Source: an uncultured Candidatus Saccharibacteria bacterium
Lineage (GTDB): Bacteria; Patescibacteriota; UBA1384; XYA2-FULL-43-10; 1-14-0-10-43-13
DNA: 64,000 nt
NCBI GenBank assembly: GCA_964628585.1
Contig: CAZVMH010000002.1
Coordinates: 97,751-161,750, forward strand
Direction of reading: 5' to 3'
Position 1 is the first letter of the stretch. Each line of letters begins with the position of its first letter. The position numbers were made by a program, and so were the translations under genes. The notes under the pieces are model-generated. The model saw only the letters and a list, made by a program, of their open reading frames with translations, was not told the DNA's origin and made no database searches. Of the stretch, positions 28,837 through 38,063 are shown piece after piece.

Positions 28837-29538
28837 ATGACTCTCTATTTTGAGAGAATGAAACGGTTCGCAAATAAGTTCAAAGACAATTTCATAGTCA
28901 ACAAAACTGCTTCTTTCGTTATTTTGAGCGCAATGTTGCCTTTGTCGGTTCTTTCTGCTGATACAAATACTATGTCAGAAAATCCTCGCGCAAACGACAA
29001 TATCGTTCTAAATACTACTTCTCCTAAACCTGTTGTGATTAATCAGGAAAAATCCACGATTGTTCCTGGTGAATCTAAGGTAGAAAAGGAAGCTAGAGAA
29101 AAAGCAGAAGCCAATGCTAAAGTAAAATCCTCAGCAGAAGCTGTAAAATTGCGTAACACAGTCGCTAGAGAAAGTAGGGTTTACAATAATCCTTCTGACT
29201 TCGACTCAATATACGCACGAGCACAGGCCACATATGGTGTTGATGCTCGTATCCTTAAGGCTATTCACACTGTTGAAACTGGTCGTTCCGGGTCAACTTT
29301 GAGGGCTAACCCCTCTGGTGCTACCGGTCCTATGCAGTTTTTGCCCTCCACTTGGAGACGACACGGTGTAGATGGTAATGGTGACGGTGTTGCCGATATC
29401 GGTAATGTAGAAGATGCAATCTTCTCTGCCGCCCACTACCTTAAAGCCTGTGGTTACCCAGATGTAAAGAAAGCTTTGTGGGGTTACAACCCTTCAAGTC
29501 GATACTACACTAAAGTTATGAACATCGCCGGATTATAA
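28837..29538 (+). CDS. lytic transglycosylase, SLT_2/MltB-like domain, secreted
   Basis: N-terminal signal peptide. SGATGPMQFLPSTW motif. Alternative start at 28858. Confidence 0.7.
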   Translation: MTLYFERMKRFANKFKDNFIVNKTASFVILSAMLPLSVLSADTNTMSENPRANDNIVLNTTSPKPVVINQEKSTIVPGESKVEKEAREKAEANAKVKSSAEAVKLRNTVARESRVYNNPSDFDSIYARAQATYGVDARILKAIHTVETGRSGSTLRANPSGATGPMQFLPSTWRRHGVDGNGDGVADIGNVEDAIFSAAHYLKACGYPDVKKALWGYNPSSRYYTKVMNIAGL

Positions 29539-29614
29539 TTCATTCGACCATGAGCCAAGGGCTTTCCTTAGGGGCTCAGGATAAATTGCTGCTTATCGGA
29601 ATAGATATATAGGA

Positions 29615-29645
29615 AAAGACCCTTTCGCAAGATCGGGTCTTTTTC
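29615..29645. terminator. bidirectional intrinsic terminator between the convergent lytic transglycosylase and enolase genes
   Basis: aaaagaccc-tttcgcaagatc-gggtcttttt. Confidence 0.65.
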
Positions 29646-29666
29646 TATTATGAATTCATATAATAT

Positions 29667-30977
29667 TTAGAGCTGCCCTTGTCCTTCGTTTCCAACTGTA
29701 TCCCATTTAGCAAACTGGGCTTTATTACCGAGCTTAAGTTCAATTTCAAGTAAACGATTATATTTTGCTGTTCGTTCAGAACGACAAGGAGCACCAGCCT
29801 TAATGGTGCCACAACCAGTTGCAATGGAAAGATCTGAGATAAAGTCATCTTCTGTTTCGCCAGACCTGTGAGAAATAATTACTTTATAGCCATATTTTTG
29901 AGCTAATTCGATTGCTTCGAGTGTTTCAGAAAGGGTTCCAATTTGATTTGGTTTAATCAAAATGCCGGTGGCAGACTTGTAATCTATACCTTTTTTAAGT
30001 AAATCTTTATTGGTTGAGAAAATATCATCACCAATCAATTCGACTCGATTCCCTATTCTCTGTGTTAAATCACGCCATCCATTCCAATCATTCTGATCGA
30101 GACCGTCTTCTATTGAAATGATTGGGAATTTCTCAACCCATTTTTCATAAAAATCTACCATTTGATTTGTAGTAAGCGCAAGGTTCTCCCTATGGAGGTT
30201 GTAAATATCCTGTTCAAAAAAACGACTTGCAGCTGGGTCTAAGGCACAAAAGACGTTTTCTCCTGGAGTATAACCAGCTTCTGATATGGCCATTACCAAA
30301 AGTTCCATTGCTTGTTCGTTTGAAAAAAGCGATGGAGCAAACCCGCCTTCATCACCAACAAGGGGTTGATAGTTTCGCTCTTCCAGTATTTTGCCTAGAG
30401 AATGGTGAATTTCACAACCGGCTCGCAATGACTCACGAAAAGTTGAAAACTTGACTGGAACTACCATGAATTCCTGAAAATCTGTTGAACCGACTGCATG
30501 TTTGCCACCATTTAAAATATTCATAAAGGGAATTGGAATGGTGAGCTTATCTGTTTTTTTACCCATTAGCTGTGCCAGAAAGAGATAAAGTGGCATTTTT
30601 TGGCTCTTCGAAGCAGCTTTGGCAGAAGCGAGAGAGACCGAAAGAATTGTATTTGCACCTAGATTTGATTTATTCGGGGTTTTATCAATTTCAATCATTC
30701 TTTGATCAATAGATTGAAGATCAGAGGCGTTCATACCCAAAATTGCTTCTTTTATTGGTCCATTTACATTGGCAACGGCCTTTAGCACTCCTTTCCCTCT
30801 GTAGCGCTTAGGATCACCGTCTCGTAATTCTAGTGCTTCATTGCCTCCAGTTGAGGCACCAGAAGGAACAAACCCAAGAGAGTGCATTCCATCGGACAAT
30901 TCAATTTCACAGGCTAAAGTTGGGTTTCCCCTAGAATCCAAAACCTCTCTAGCAAGAACATTCTTTATAGTGGCCAT
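29667..30977 (-). CDS. eno: enolase
   Basis: The N-terminus VLDSRGNPT is typical of full-length enolase. Confidence 0.95.
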   Translation of the reverse strand: MATIKNVLAREVLDSRGNPTLACEIELSDGMHSLGFVPSGASTGGNEALELRDGDPKRYRGKGVLKAVANVNGPIKEAILGMNASDLQSIDQRMIEIDKTPNKSNLGANTILSVSLASAKAASKSQKMPLYLFLAQLMGKKTDKLTIPIPFMNILNGGKHAVGSTDFQEFMVVPVKFSTFRESLRAGCEIHHSLGKILEERNYQPLVGDEGGFAPSLFSNEQAMELLVMAISEAGYTPGENVFCALDPAASRFFEQDIYNLHRENLALTTNQMVDFYEKWVEKFPIISIEDGLDQNDWNGWRDLTQRIGNRVELIGDDIFSTNKDLLKKGIDYKSATGILIKPNQIGTLSETLEAIELAQKYGYKVIISHRSGETEDDFISDLSIATGCGTIKAGAPCRSERTAKYNRLLEIELKLGNKAQFAKWDTVGNEGQGQL

Positions 30978-31006
30978 AATAATCCCTCGAATTTAAATAA
31001 ATATTT

Positions 31007-32326
31007 TCAATTCACTGTAATTGTGCTGTCAGAAGAAACTATGCAGATCCAGAGTTGTCCGCGATCAAAGATAATTTCTGTGCCGCTTGCATCGTAAAAA
31101 AGCTCTCTGCTAGCAGCCGACTCCTTCTTCCATGTGCCAATTGTCTCTTGACCGTCGATGTAAAAACGAGCTTTGCCGGAACCGACCGTAGTCATGGTGT
31201 AGCCCTGCTCATTGATTTTTGTAACGGTTGATTTTTTATCAACTGTCATTGTGGCGATGTTTTTTGGGGTAATCTGATTTTTTGTGATTCTGTCGGTGTG
31301 AGGCTTGCCAGCTTGCGATCTTTTGTAAGAATTAGTTGCTTTATCATAGGCAAAAACAACATCATAGGCAGAGCTACTGCTGCCGGAGAATTTGATACTA
31401 ACATTTTGTGCTTCAGGTAGTGTTTCGGTTGGGTCTTCTTTATATTTGTAAACAGTAAAGGTATTGGCAGTAGCATATTTATTCTTTTCTGCCTGTTCTC
31501 GCAATTTTATCGTCGAAGAAAACATGGTATGTTCGGAAGCAACACCCAAACCTTTTTCTCGCCAGTATGGTCCTGAATATCTAAATTGATCTAAGTCTAA
31601 AACTCCATCAGATCTGATTTTTTCTAATGCGTCATAATTTCCACCAACATGAGCGAGGTAACCATTATAACCATGGATCCAATCAACGAAGTAAGTTCTA
31701 GCTGAACGAACGGGACCAACTTTTTCCGGTTGGTTCGTACCATAAATTGCTAAGAATCTGGTAATCCCTCCCTCTGCGATTGCTTCATAAACAACATCGG
31801 CTTGATCTAATCCAGATTGTGGTCTTGCATCAGTATGATTCTCAATAATTACACCGAGTGGATGGCGATTTGCCGAAGCCTGATCTGTCATTATACCATT
31901 TAATACTGCGGGATATTTTTCTTCTGTTGGTGGAGCAGTTGTTACTTTCTCTGGTTCTTCGATCTTTGTTTTGTCATGAGTCATTAAATATAACCCTAAA
32001 CCAAAAATTGCTATTAATAACAAACCGAGGGAAATAATAAAAATCAATCTTTTTTTAGGATTTTGAAAAAAATTTCTAATCCTTTGACCCATTTTTAATT
32101 TTTTGCCGGAAGTAGTTTTCTCGTCAGCCTTTTTGTTGTTATTGTGTTCTTCTTTTTCTTCGCCCTCATTCTTTTCAGTTTTTTTATCATCATCTTCTGT
32201 ATCATTATCGCTTTGATCAATTTTGTTTTCTTCTGGATCGGAATCTTCTTTTTTTTGCTCTTTTAGATCAATCTCTGACATTTTTCCTCCACTAAGTTTT
32301 ATTATTTTTTGTTTTTCTTTTCCCAA
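31007..32326 (-). CDS. DUF3048-domain protein (YerB-like), membrane anchored, with acidic low-complexity N-terminal region
   Basis: RPQSGLDQADVVYEAIAEGGITRFLAIY is typical of DUF3048. The track start overlaps trxB by 25 bp, so the true start may be an internal Met. Confidence 0.55.
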   Translation of the reverse strand: MGKEKQKIIKLSGGKMSEIDLKEQKKEDSDPEENKIDQSDNDTEDDDKKTEKNEGEEKEEHNNNKKADEKTTSGKKLKMGQRIRNFFQNPKKRLIFIISLGLLLIAIFGLGLYLMTHDKTKIEEPEKVTTAPPTEEKYPAVLNGIMTDQASANRHPLGVIIENHTDARPQSGLDQADVVYEAIAEGGITRFLAIYGTNQPEKVGPVRSARTYFVDWIHGYNGYLAHVGGNYDALEKIRSDGVLDLDQFRYSGPYWREKGLGVASEHTMFSSTIKLREQAEKNKYATANTFTVYKYKEDPTETLPEAQNVSIKFSGSSSSAYDVVFAYDKATNSYKRSQAGKPHTDRITKNQITPKNIATMTVDKKSTVTKINEQGYTMTTVGSGKARFYIDGQETIGTWKKESAASRELFYDASGTEIIFDRGQLWICIVSSDSTITVN

Positions 32327-33240
32327 TCTCCTACTATCCCTTTCTTCCCCTCTTTTTTCTGAATAAAATCAAAAGCAGAGAGTGCTGCTTTGGCTCCTTC
32401 GCCAGCTGCAATTATAATCTGCTTATAAGCAGTATCTGTAATATCACCGGCTGCAAAAACCCCAGGAACAGATGTTTCCTGACGCGAATTGGTTTTAACC
32501 TGACCTTTTTCATTTAATTCAACAAAGTTCTCTAATATTGTTCTGTCTACAATGTAACCTATTTCAACAATTACTCCGCTTACACTCAGCGATTTCCCTG
32601 ATTTTAACTCAATTTTTTCAACGGTTTGTGAACCTGATATTTGGGCAATTTCGGACTCGAGTAGTGTTTCAATTTTTGTTTCTGCTTTTACTTTTTCAAT
32701 TAAAAATTGTTCGGCTGGAAAAGTTGTTCCCCTATAAATTAAATATATTTTTTGACAAATTTTTGAACAATAAAGTGCAGCGTCGAGAGCGGAATTACCG
32801 CCACCAATTATTGCGATAGTTTTTTCTTTAAAAAATGGTCCGTCACAGGTGGCGCAGTAAGAAACACCCTTGCCTTTAAACTCCTCTTCTCCAGGAACTC
32901 CTAGTTCGCGTGGTTTTTTGCCAGACGCGAGAATTATTGTTTTGCTCTCATAAACATTTGAACCTGTTTTTAGCTTGAAACCTTCTGATTTCTTTTGAAT
33001 ACTTTTTGCTTCTTCAAATTTAACCTCAGTTCCGAATAATTTTACTTGATTGAAGAAATTATTACATAAATCAGCCCCAGAGATTTTTTCAAATCCAGGG
33101 TAATTTTCAACATCCCATGCCTTTGAAGCTTGTCCGCCGATATCTCGTGACAAAACTAAGGTTTTAAGGGCGCGTCTTGCAGCATAAATTCCAGCAGTTA
33201 AACCAGCTGGTCCCCCGCCAACTATTATCACATCGTACAT
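32302..33240 (-). CDS. trxB: thioredoxin reductase
   Basis: GGGPAG FAD site. CATC redox motif. Confidence 0.9.
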   Translation of the reverse strand: MYDVIIVGGGPAGLTAGIYAARRALKTLVLSRDIGGQASKAWDVENYPGFEKISGADLCNNFFNQVKLFGTEVKFEEAKSIQKKSEGFKLKTGSNVYESKTIILASGKKPRELGVPGEEEFKGKGVSYCATCDGPFFKEKTIAIIGGGNSALDAALYCSKICQKIYLIYRGTTFPAEQFLIEKVKAETKIETLLESEIAQISGSQTVEKIELKSGKSLSVSGVIVEIGYIVDRTILENFVELNEKGQVKTNSRQETSVPGVFAAGDITDTAYKQIIIAAGEGAKAALSAFDFIQKKEGKKGIVGDWEKKNKK

Positions 33241-33266
33241 TTATTTCTCCAAAATTAATACTTATC

Positions 33267-33536
33267 TTAAACTGATAACCCACCCTTATTTAATAGAAAC
33301 TGCAACACTTTCCAAACATAATTTAATATCTGTCTTAAAGCAGGCCAGGTTCCAGGCAAACAGATTATTAATATGGCCAAGAACATCCAATGGCCGCTTT
33401 TAATAAACATATAAATTTGCCAGACCAAAAAGAAAAGAAGTACCAAAGCAATTAAGGCCTGAGCAGAAGGCGACAGGCCAGAAACCATTTTATCATAATA
33501 GCTGAAAACTTGAACCAACACGTTGTCTGCATTCAT
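33267..33536 (-). CDS. small membrane protein
   Basis: Two hydrophobic helices. 4-bp overlap with the upstream gene. Confidence 0.4.
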   Translation of the reverse strand: MNADNVLVQVFSYYDKMVSGLSPSAQALIALVLLFFLVWQIYMFIKSGHWMFLAILIICLPGTWPALRQILNYVWKVLQFLLNKGGLSV

Positions 33537-34264
33537 TTTGTCCCCACTACTACTAATACATTATAATTTCCGGCAATGGCGTCATCCAGTTTTTGTATGA
33601 TAGTTCTTCCTGCCAGGGCGGTAGCAACAAGTCCCGCCTCTGTTTCTTTACCGGTTTGATAATAAATATATGTGCTTGTATAAGAAAAGCTTCTTGCGTT
33701 GGCTACCTTTGTTGGACTAAAACCAGCAGTTTTGAGTGTCTGGCTTACCGATTCAGCAGATCCCTTTATTCCGTTTCCATTTAAAACACTCAATGTAATT
33801 AATGCCTTATCAATAACTGGTGCTGTTACTGCTGGAGTAGTAGGTGTTGCTGTGGTGGTCGATTCTGAAGTAGTTGAAGGTGTCTCAGTTTGCGATGTAG
33901 TAGGTGTGTTTGTATATGTTTCAGTCTTTTCTGCTGTTTCAGATTTATTTTGTGGTAAGAGGCCAACATATTTTAAAACAGCGTCATAATTTTGATAAGC
34001 GAGCAAACCGAAAAGAGCTAAAATAAAGATTGCTGCCAACCATTTGGGGACTGAACTTTTTCTTTCGGTACCAGTTTTAAGTGGTTTTTCTCGTTTCTTT
34101 TTTTTATTATAAAAAAAATCGTCTTCCAGCTGTTCATGCTCATGACCAGTTTCTATCGAAGAAGAACTTTCTCTTAAATCTTCTTCTTTAATATCAACAT
34201 TATGAGCTGGTGCTTCGCCGTAACGATAGACTTTTTTTGGTCTTATATCGTGGCTTATTCCCAT
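33533..34264 (-). CDS. membrane-anchored LytR_C domain protein with Thr/Pro-rich linker
   Basis: C-terminal LSVLNGNGIKGSAESVSQTLKTAGF...VLVVVG resembles the LytR C-terminal domain. Confidence 0.5.
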   Translation of the reverse strand: MGISHDIRPKKVYRYGEAPAHNVDIKEEDLRESSSSIETGHEHEQLEDDFFYNKKKKREKPLKTGTERKSSVPKWLAAIFILALFGLLAYQNYDAVLKYVGLLPQNKSETAEKTETYTNTPTTSQTETPSTTSESTTTATPTTPAVTAPVIDKALITLSVLNGNGIKGSAESVSQTLKTAGFSPTKVANARSFSYTSTYIYYQTGKETEAGLVATALAGRTIIQKLDDAIAGNYNVLVVVGTK

Positions 34265-34400
34265 TGCCCCTCTTCCAACTATTACTTTAGTACATTATAA
34301 CAAACAAAAGTAGTTTGTAGCAAGAAAGACATCTTCGATCAAGTGGGCTATAACTATGATCCATACTACTTTCTGTATGCTATGGATTATTTGCTACTTC

Positions 34401-35324
34401 TTATTGCCATTTTTTCATCTGATCAAAATTTGAGTGCATTTTAAACTTAATAATACTTTTTTGCCAATCGTCGCCAATGACAAAATAATCTTCTTTTTGC
34501 TCATCTTTTTCATTTAGAATTGAAAGATAGCCAACATTCTCAATTTTAATATCCATAAGTTGGCAAGCCAACCAATCAACGGCCAAAGAATCAGATGAAG
34601 CAATCGCCCAATGCGCTGGCACCATATCACCATTAGCAGGTCCTTCTCCCTCCATTGCTTCATATCCATCAAGTATAGAAAGTTTTGTGGGCATCTTATC
34701 TGATATGGTGGCAATATTCATATTTAGAGCCTTTGTTCCTTGATGAATTAGAGCTTTGTTATTGCGTGGCATACCGAGCGATTCTTTGATTCTATTCATA
34801 GCCTTTGAAAAACTCGGGATAGATCTAACCAACGAACCAACCGCAACGTTTTTAATTGCACCAGTATACACAACCCCATCATGAGTTTTTGGTGGAGAAA
34901 TTGAAATTAGATAATCTGAGTTTAAAATTGTTTTGGAAACCTGGGCATTCCAGGGTTTATTATTTTTATCAATAAGTTGAACCAACTCTGACTCGTCCTT
35001 GTTTAGGTCAACTAAAGCTAAATCGTACTTTTCCTGAAGTTTTAAATAGCCATAATTTTTGAAAGCAGTCATTGTGTCACCGACTCCGGAGCCTTCGGCT
35101 AGTACAATTTGACTTTTAGCATATGGAAAAATAAATTCTAAAATTGTTTCGATTGCTTCAACATTTGTTGTGGCCAATTGATTGTTTTCTACAATACAAT
35201 TTGGCTTAATCACAATTCTTTTTGCTTTGCGCACGCCAGAAATAATCTCACTTTTAATTAAAGAGAGACATCTTTCAATGTTATATTTTCGATCATCGGA
35301 TTTAATGAATGAAACTTTAGACAT
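34401..35324 (-). CDS. DUF362 family protein
   Basis: RIVIKPNCIV resembles the DUF362 N-terminal motif. Confidence 0.45.
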   Translation of the reverse strand: MSKVSFIKSDDRKYNIERCLSLIKSEIISGVRKAKRIVIKPNCIVENNQLATTNVEAIETILEFIFPYAKSQIVLAEGSGVGDTMTAFKNYGYLKLQEKYDLALVDLNKDESELVQLIDKNNKPWNAQVSKTILNSDYLISISPPKTHDGVVYTGAIKNVAVGSLVRSIPSFSKAMNRIKESLGMPRNNKALIHQGTKALNMNIATISDKMPTKLSILDGYEAMEGEGPANGDMVPAHWAIASSDSLAVDWLACQLMDIKIENVGYLSILNEKDEQKEDYFVIGDDWQKSIIKFKMHSNFDQMKKWQ

Positions 35325-35392
35325 GCTTTAACTTAAAAATTTAATACAAAAATTGAAAACCATCTACTACTTATCTTAATATAGCAGAAAAT

Positions 35393-36007
35393 TTATAATT
35401 TGAATTTGCGGATAACACCCTTAACTTTTCCCTGTATTACGACTCGATTTTTGGCAAAATGCATTGGTTTCATAGTGCTATTGGCTGGTTGAAGGCGAAC
35501 AGTATCTTTTTCATTGTAAAACCTTTTTAAAGTAGCATTTGCATTATCTACTAAAGCAACAACAATATCACCATTTTTTGCTGTATTGGTTTGTTCAATA
35601 ATGACATAATCACCGTCAAGTATGCCATCTTCTACCATGGACTCTCCTCTGACTCGCAAAGCAAAAGTTTTTTTGCCAAGCATATCGCGTGGAATGTCGA
35701 TAGTTTCGTGAGTGCGAATGGCCTCAATAGGCCTGCCGGCATCTATGACTCCCTCGAGGGGAATATTAAAAATCTCGAGTCCGTCATCGAATGCAGGTGT
35801 AAGCTGAATTGCCCGTGCTTCCATAGCGTCTTTTGTAATATAACCCTTTTCTTCAAGTATCGAGATATATTCTGCCACTGTTCCCGTTGAAGAAAATTCA
35901 AAATAATATGCAATTTCGCGAAAACTTGGTGCATAACCATTTTCATCTATGAAATGACGAAGGTATTCTAATATTTCTTTTTGCCTTCGTGTTAATGAAT
36001 TACCCAT
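35393..36007 (-). CDS. lexA: LexA repressor
   Basis: N-terminal winged HTH. S24 peptidase GESM Ser...Lys dyad. Confidence 0.9.
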   Translation of the reverse strand: MGNSLTRRQKEILEYLRHFIDENGYAPSFREIAYYFEFSSTGTVAEYISILEEKGYITKDAMEARAIQLTPAFDDGLEIFNIPLEGVIDAGRPIEAIRTHETIDIPRDMLGKKTFALRVRGESMVEDGILDGDYVIIEQTNTAKNGDIVVALVDNANATLKRFYNEKDTVRLQPANSTMKPMHFAKNRVVIQGKVKGVIRKFKL

Positions 36008-36052
36008 TTAGCCCCCATTCTTAAATTATATAGTGTTCGTTTTTTGTTTGTG

Positions 36053-36102
36053 GAACAAATACCGAACAATTTCATTATCGAACAAAAACCAAACACTGTC
36101 AA
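36053..36102 (-). promoter_or_regulatory. lexA promoter TTGACA-N17-GATAAT with a downstream GTTC-N7-GTTC direct repeat (putative LexA operator)
   Basis: On the minus strand, TTGACA is at 36102..36097 and GATAAT at 36079..36074. GAAC-aaatacc-GAAC at 36053..36067 on the plus strand is GTTC-N7-GTTC on the minus strand. Confidence 0.5.
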
Positions 36103-36217
36103 ATGGGGGCTGTGGAAAACTATTTCTATGATATTGTGATATATTAATTCACACGAGGATTTGGTGGTTCTTCCTCAACTAGCTCGCGTATCGAGCACCG
36201 GCAGGTCGGCAGTTTTG

Positions 36218-37525
36218 TCAGCCTGCTTTTCTTAATATTCCGACACATTCAATGTGGTGGGTTTGGGGGAACATATCTATTGGAACAACTTTTTGTAAGA
36301 AAATATCATACTTTTCAAACTCTTTAATGTCTCGGGCAAATGTTGAAGGGTTGCAGGAAACATAAACAATATGCTTATAGCTGGTAGTTGATAGCTTGTG
36401 GATTATCTCTTTTGATAAACCGGCGCGTGGAGGATCAATAATTATTTTGTCAAACTTTGCACTCTTATTGTTATTTAACCATTTTTCAGCATCAGCACAA
36501 ATAAATTCGCAATTTTGAATATTGTTTATTTTTGCATTGTCTTTTGCATCAGCAATAGCTTCTCGAACGGATTCAACACCAATTACTTTTTTTGCCATTG
36601 CAGAGAGATAAATGCCAATCGTTCCTGTGCCACAATATAAATCTAGTAAGGTATCCCCTATCTTTATGTTTGCGTATGATTTTATATGATTATATAGATT
36701 CTCTACTCCCATTGAATTGGTCTGAAAAAAGGATTCAGGTGAAATTTGGAATTTATATTTTCCTATTTTTTCATAAATAATTGGAGAACCAAATATTAAT
36801 CTTCTCTTCAGATTTCTCAATGACTTTCCTAGAGCTATTGTATGATAAATTGATTTAATACTTTCGATACTTCTTAAACATTCAATAATTCCCTGTTGGT
36901 TTGGTAGATCATAATCTTTGGTAATTATCTCAACCATAAATTGATCGGTAAATTTACCTTCCCTAATCTTTAATTGCCAGAAAGAAGATTTGTCTTCAAT
37001 ATTTTGATTAATATATTCTTTTAAGTTCTCTAATATCGAATCAGCAGTTTTAGACTGAAGTAAACATTTTTTAATTTCAACAAAACCTTTGTCATATAAA
37101 TAATTGTGTCGAGAAAACTGGATTTGATTCTTGCCATCAACTACAAAAAAGAATCGGATCGAATTTCTATAATAGAACTCTGAATCTGACCCTGCTACTA
37201 TCGATTCAATTTTAGTCTCAATCCCCTGTCTTTCTAGTGTTTCTTTAAAAACTTCCTCTTTAAATTTTAATTGATCTTTATAGCTAATGTTTTGGTGCTC
37301 ACAACCTCCACAACTATTAAAATAAAAACATTTAGGTTCAACGCGATAAGGCGATGATTTTAGAATTTTTGTAATTTTTCCCTTAGCAAAACTCTTTTTA
37401 TCTTCTATTAAATCAATCTCAAGCTCGTCTTCTGGCACAGATTTGTAAACAAAAATTGCTTTGCCATCGCTTTTTCTGCCAAGTCCAAAACCTCCAAAAA
37501 CTAGTTTTTCAACTTTAATTTTCAT
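36218..37525 (-). CDS. rlmD: 23S rRNA (uracil-5-)-methyltransferase RlmD/RumA family (TRAM + Fe-S + SAM MTase)
   Basis: TRAM region VFGGFGLGR. Cys cluster. LDLYCGTGTIG and IIDPPRAGL. Start taken at internal Met MKIKVEKL. Confidence 0.8.
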   Translation of the reverse strand: MKIKVEKLVFGGFGLGRKSDGKAIFVYKSVPEDELEIDLIEDKKSFAKGKITKILKSSPYRVEPKCFYFNSCGGCEHQNISYKDQLKFKEEVFKETLERQGIETKIESIVAGSDSEFYYRNSIRFFFVVDGKNQIQFSRHNYLYDKGFVEIKKCLLQSKTADSILENLKEYINQNIEDKSSFWQLKIREGKFTDQFMVEIITKDYDLPNQQGIIECLRSIESIKSIYHTIALGKSLRNLKRRLIFGSPIIYEKIGKYKFQISPESFFQTNSMGVENLYNHIKSYANIKIGDTLLDLYCGTGTIGIYLSAMAKKVIGVESVREAIADAKDNAKINNIQNCEFICADAEKWLNNNKSAKFDKIIIDPPRAGLSKEIIHKLSTTSYKHIVYVSCNPSTFARDIKEFEKYDIFLQKVVPIDMFPQTHHIECVGILRKAG

Positions 37526-38063
37526 TTGCTTTAAAAAGAATAATGCCAGCGGCGGTTGCAACATTGAGTGAATTAGCAATACCTTGCATTGGAATATCAA
37601 TTGCATTATCACACAGTTCCAGCACTTCCTGACTTATACCATCAACTTCATTGCCAATAATAACGGCTAGTGGTTTTTTATAATCAAAATCTAAATAACA
37701 AATGCTTTCTTTGCACTGTTCTAACGCGACAACCTGAATATTATCAGCTTTCAATTTATTAACGATTTCGGCGGTTGATTTTGAATACTCCCATGGGACA
37801 AAATCAATAGTTTTTAAGGCTGTTTTCTCTATCTCTTTTCTTGGTGGATAAGCAGTTATGCCACAAAGATAAAGCTTTTTAATTTTGGCAGCGTCGGCAG
37901 TTCTAAAAATTGCCCCGACATTATAAATTGAGCGAATATTGTCTAAAATTAAATAGACCTCGTTGCGAGGAGATGCTTTTAGCTCATCAAGATTGCCCTT
38001 GCTCATAACCAGATCGTTCGTAGAATATTTATGATATTTCATTATCGCATTTGCATTTGTCAT
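37515..38063 (-). CDS. SpoU/TrmH-family RNA 2'-O-methyltransferase
   Basis: SpoU motifs NVGAIFRTADAAKI and IGNEVDGIS. The track start overlaps hisS by 35 bp, so an internal Met is likely the true start. Confidence 0.75.
   Translation of the reverse strand: MTNANAIMKYHKYSTNDLVMSKGNLDELKASPRNEVYLILDNIRSIYNVGAIFRTADAAKIKKLYLCGITAYPPRKEIEKTALKTIDFVPWEYSKSTAEIVNKLKADNIQVVALEQCKESICYLDFDYKKPLAVIIGNEVDGISQEVLELCDNAIDIPMQGIANSLNVATAAGIILFKANEN

Noticed and set aside
34265-34400. Near-palindrome acaaacaaaagtagtttgt downstream of the LytR_C gene
   Set aside because: The inverted repeat is imperfect with a weak U-tract. It is too weak to call as a terminator or operator.
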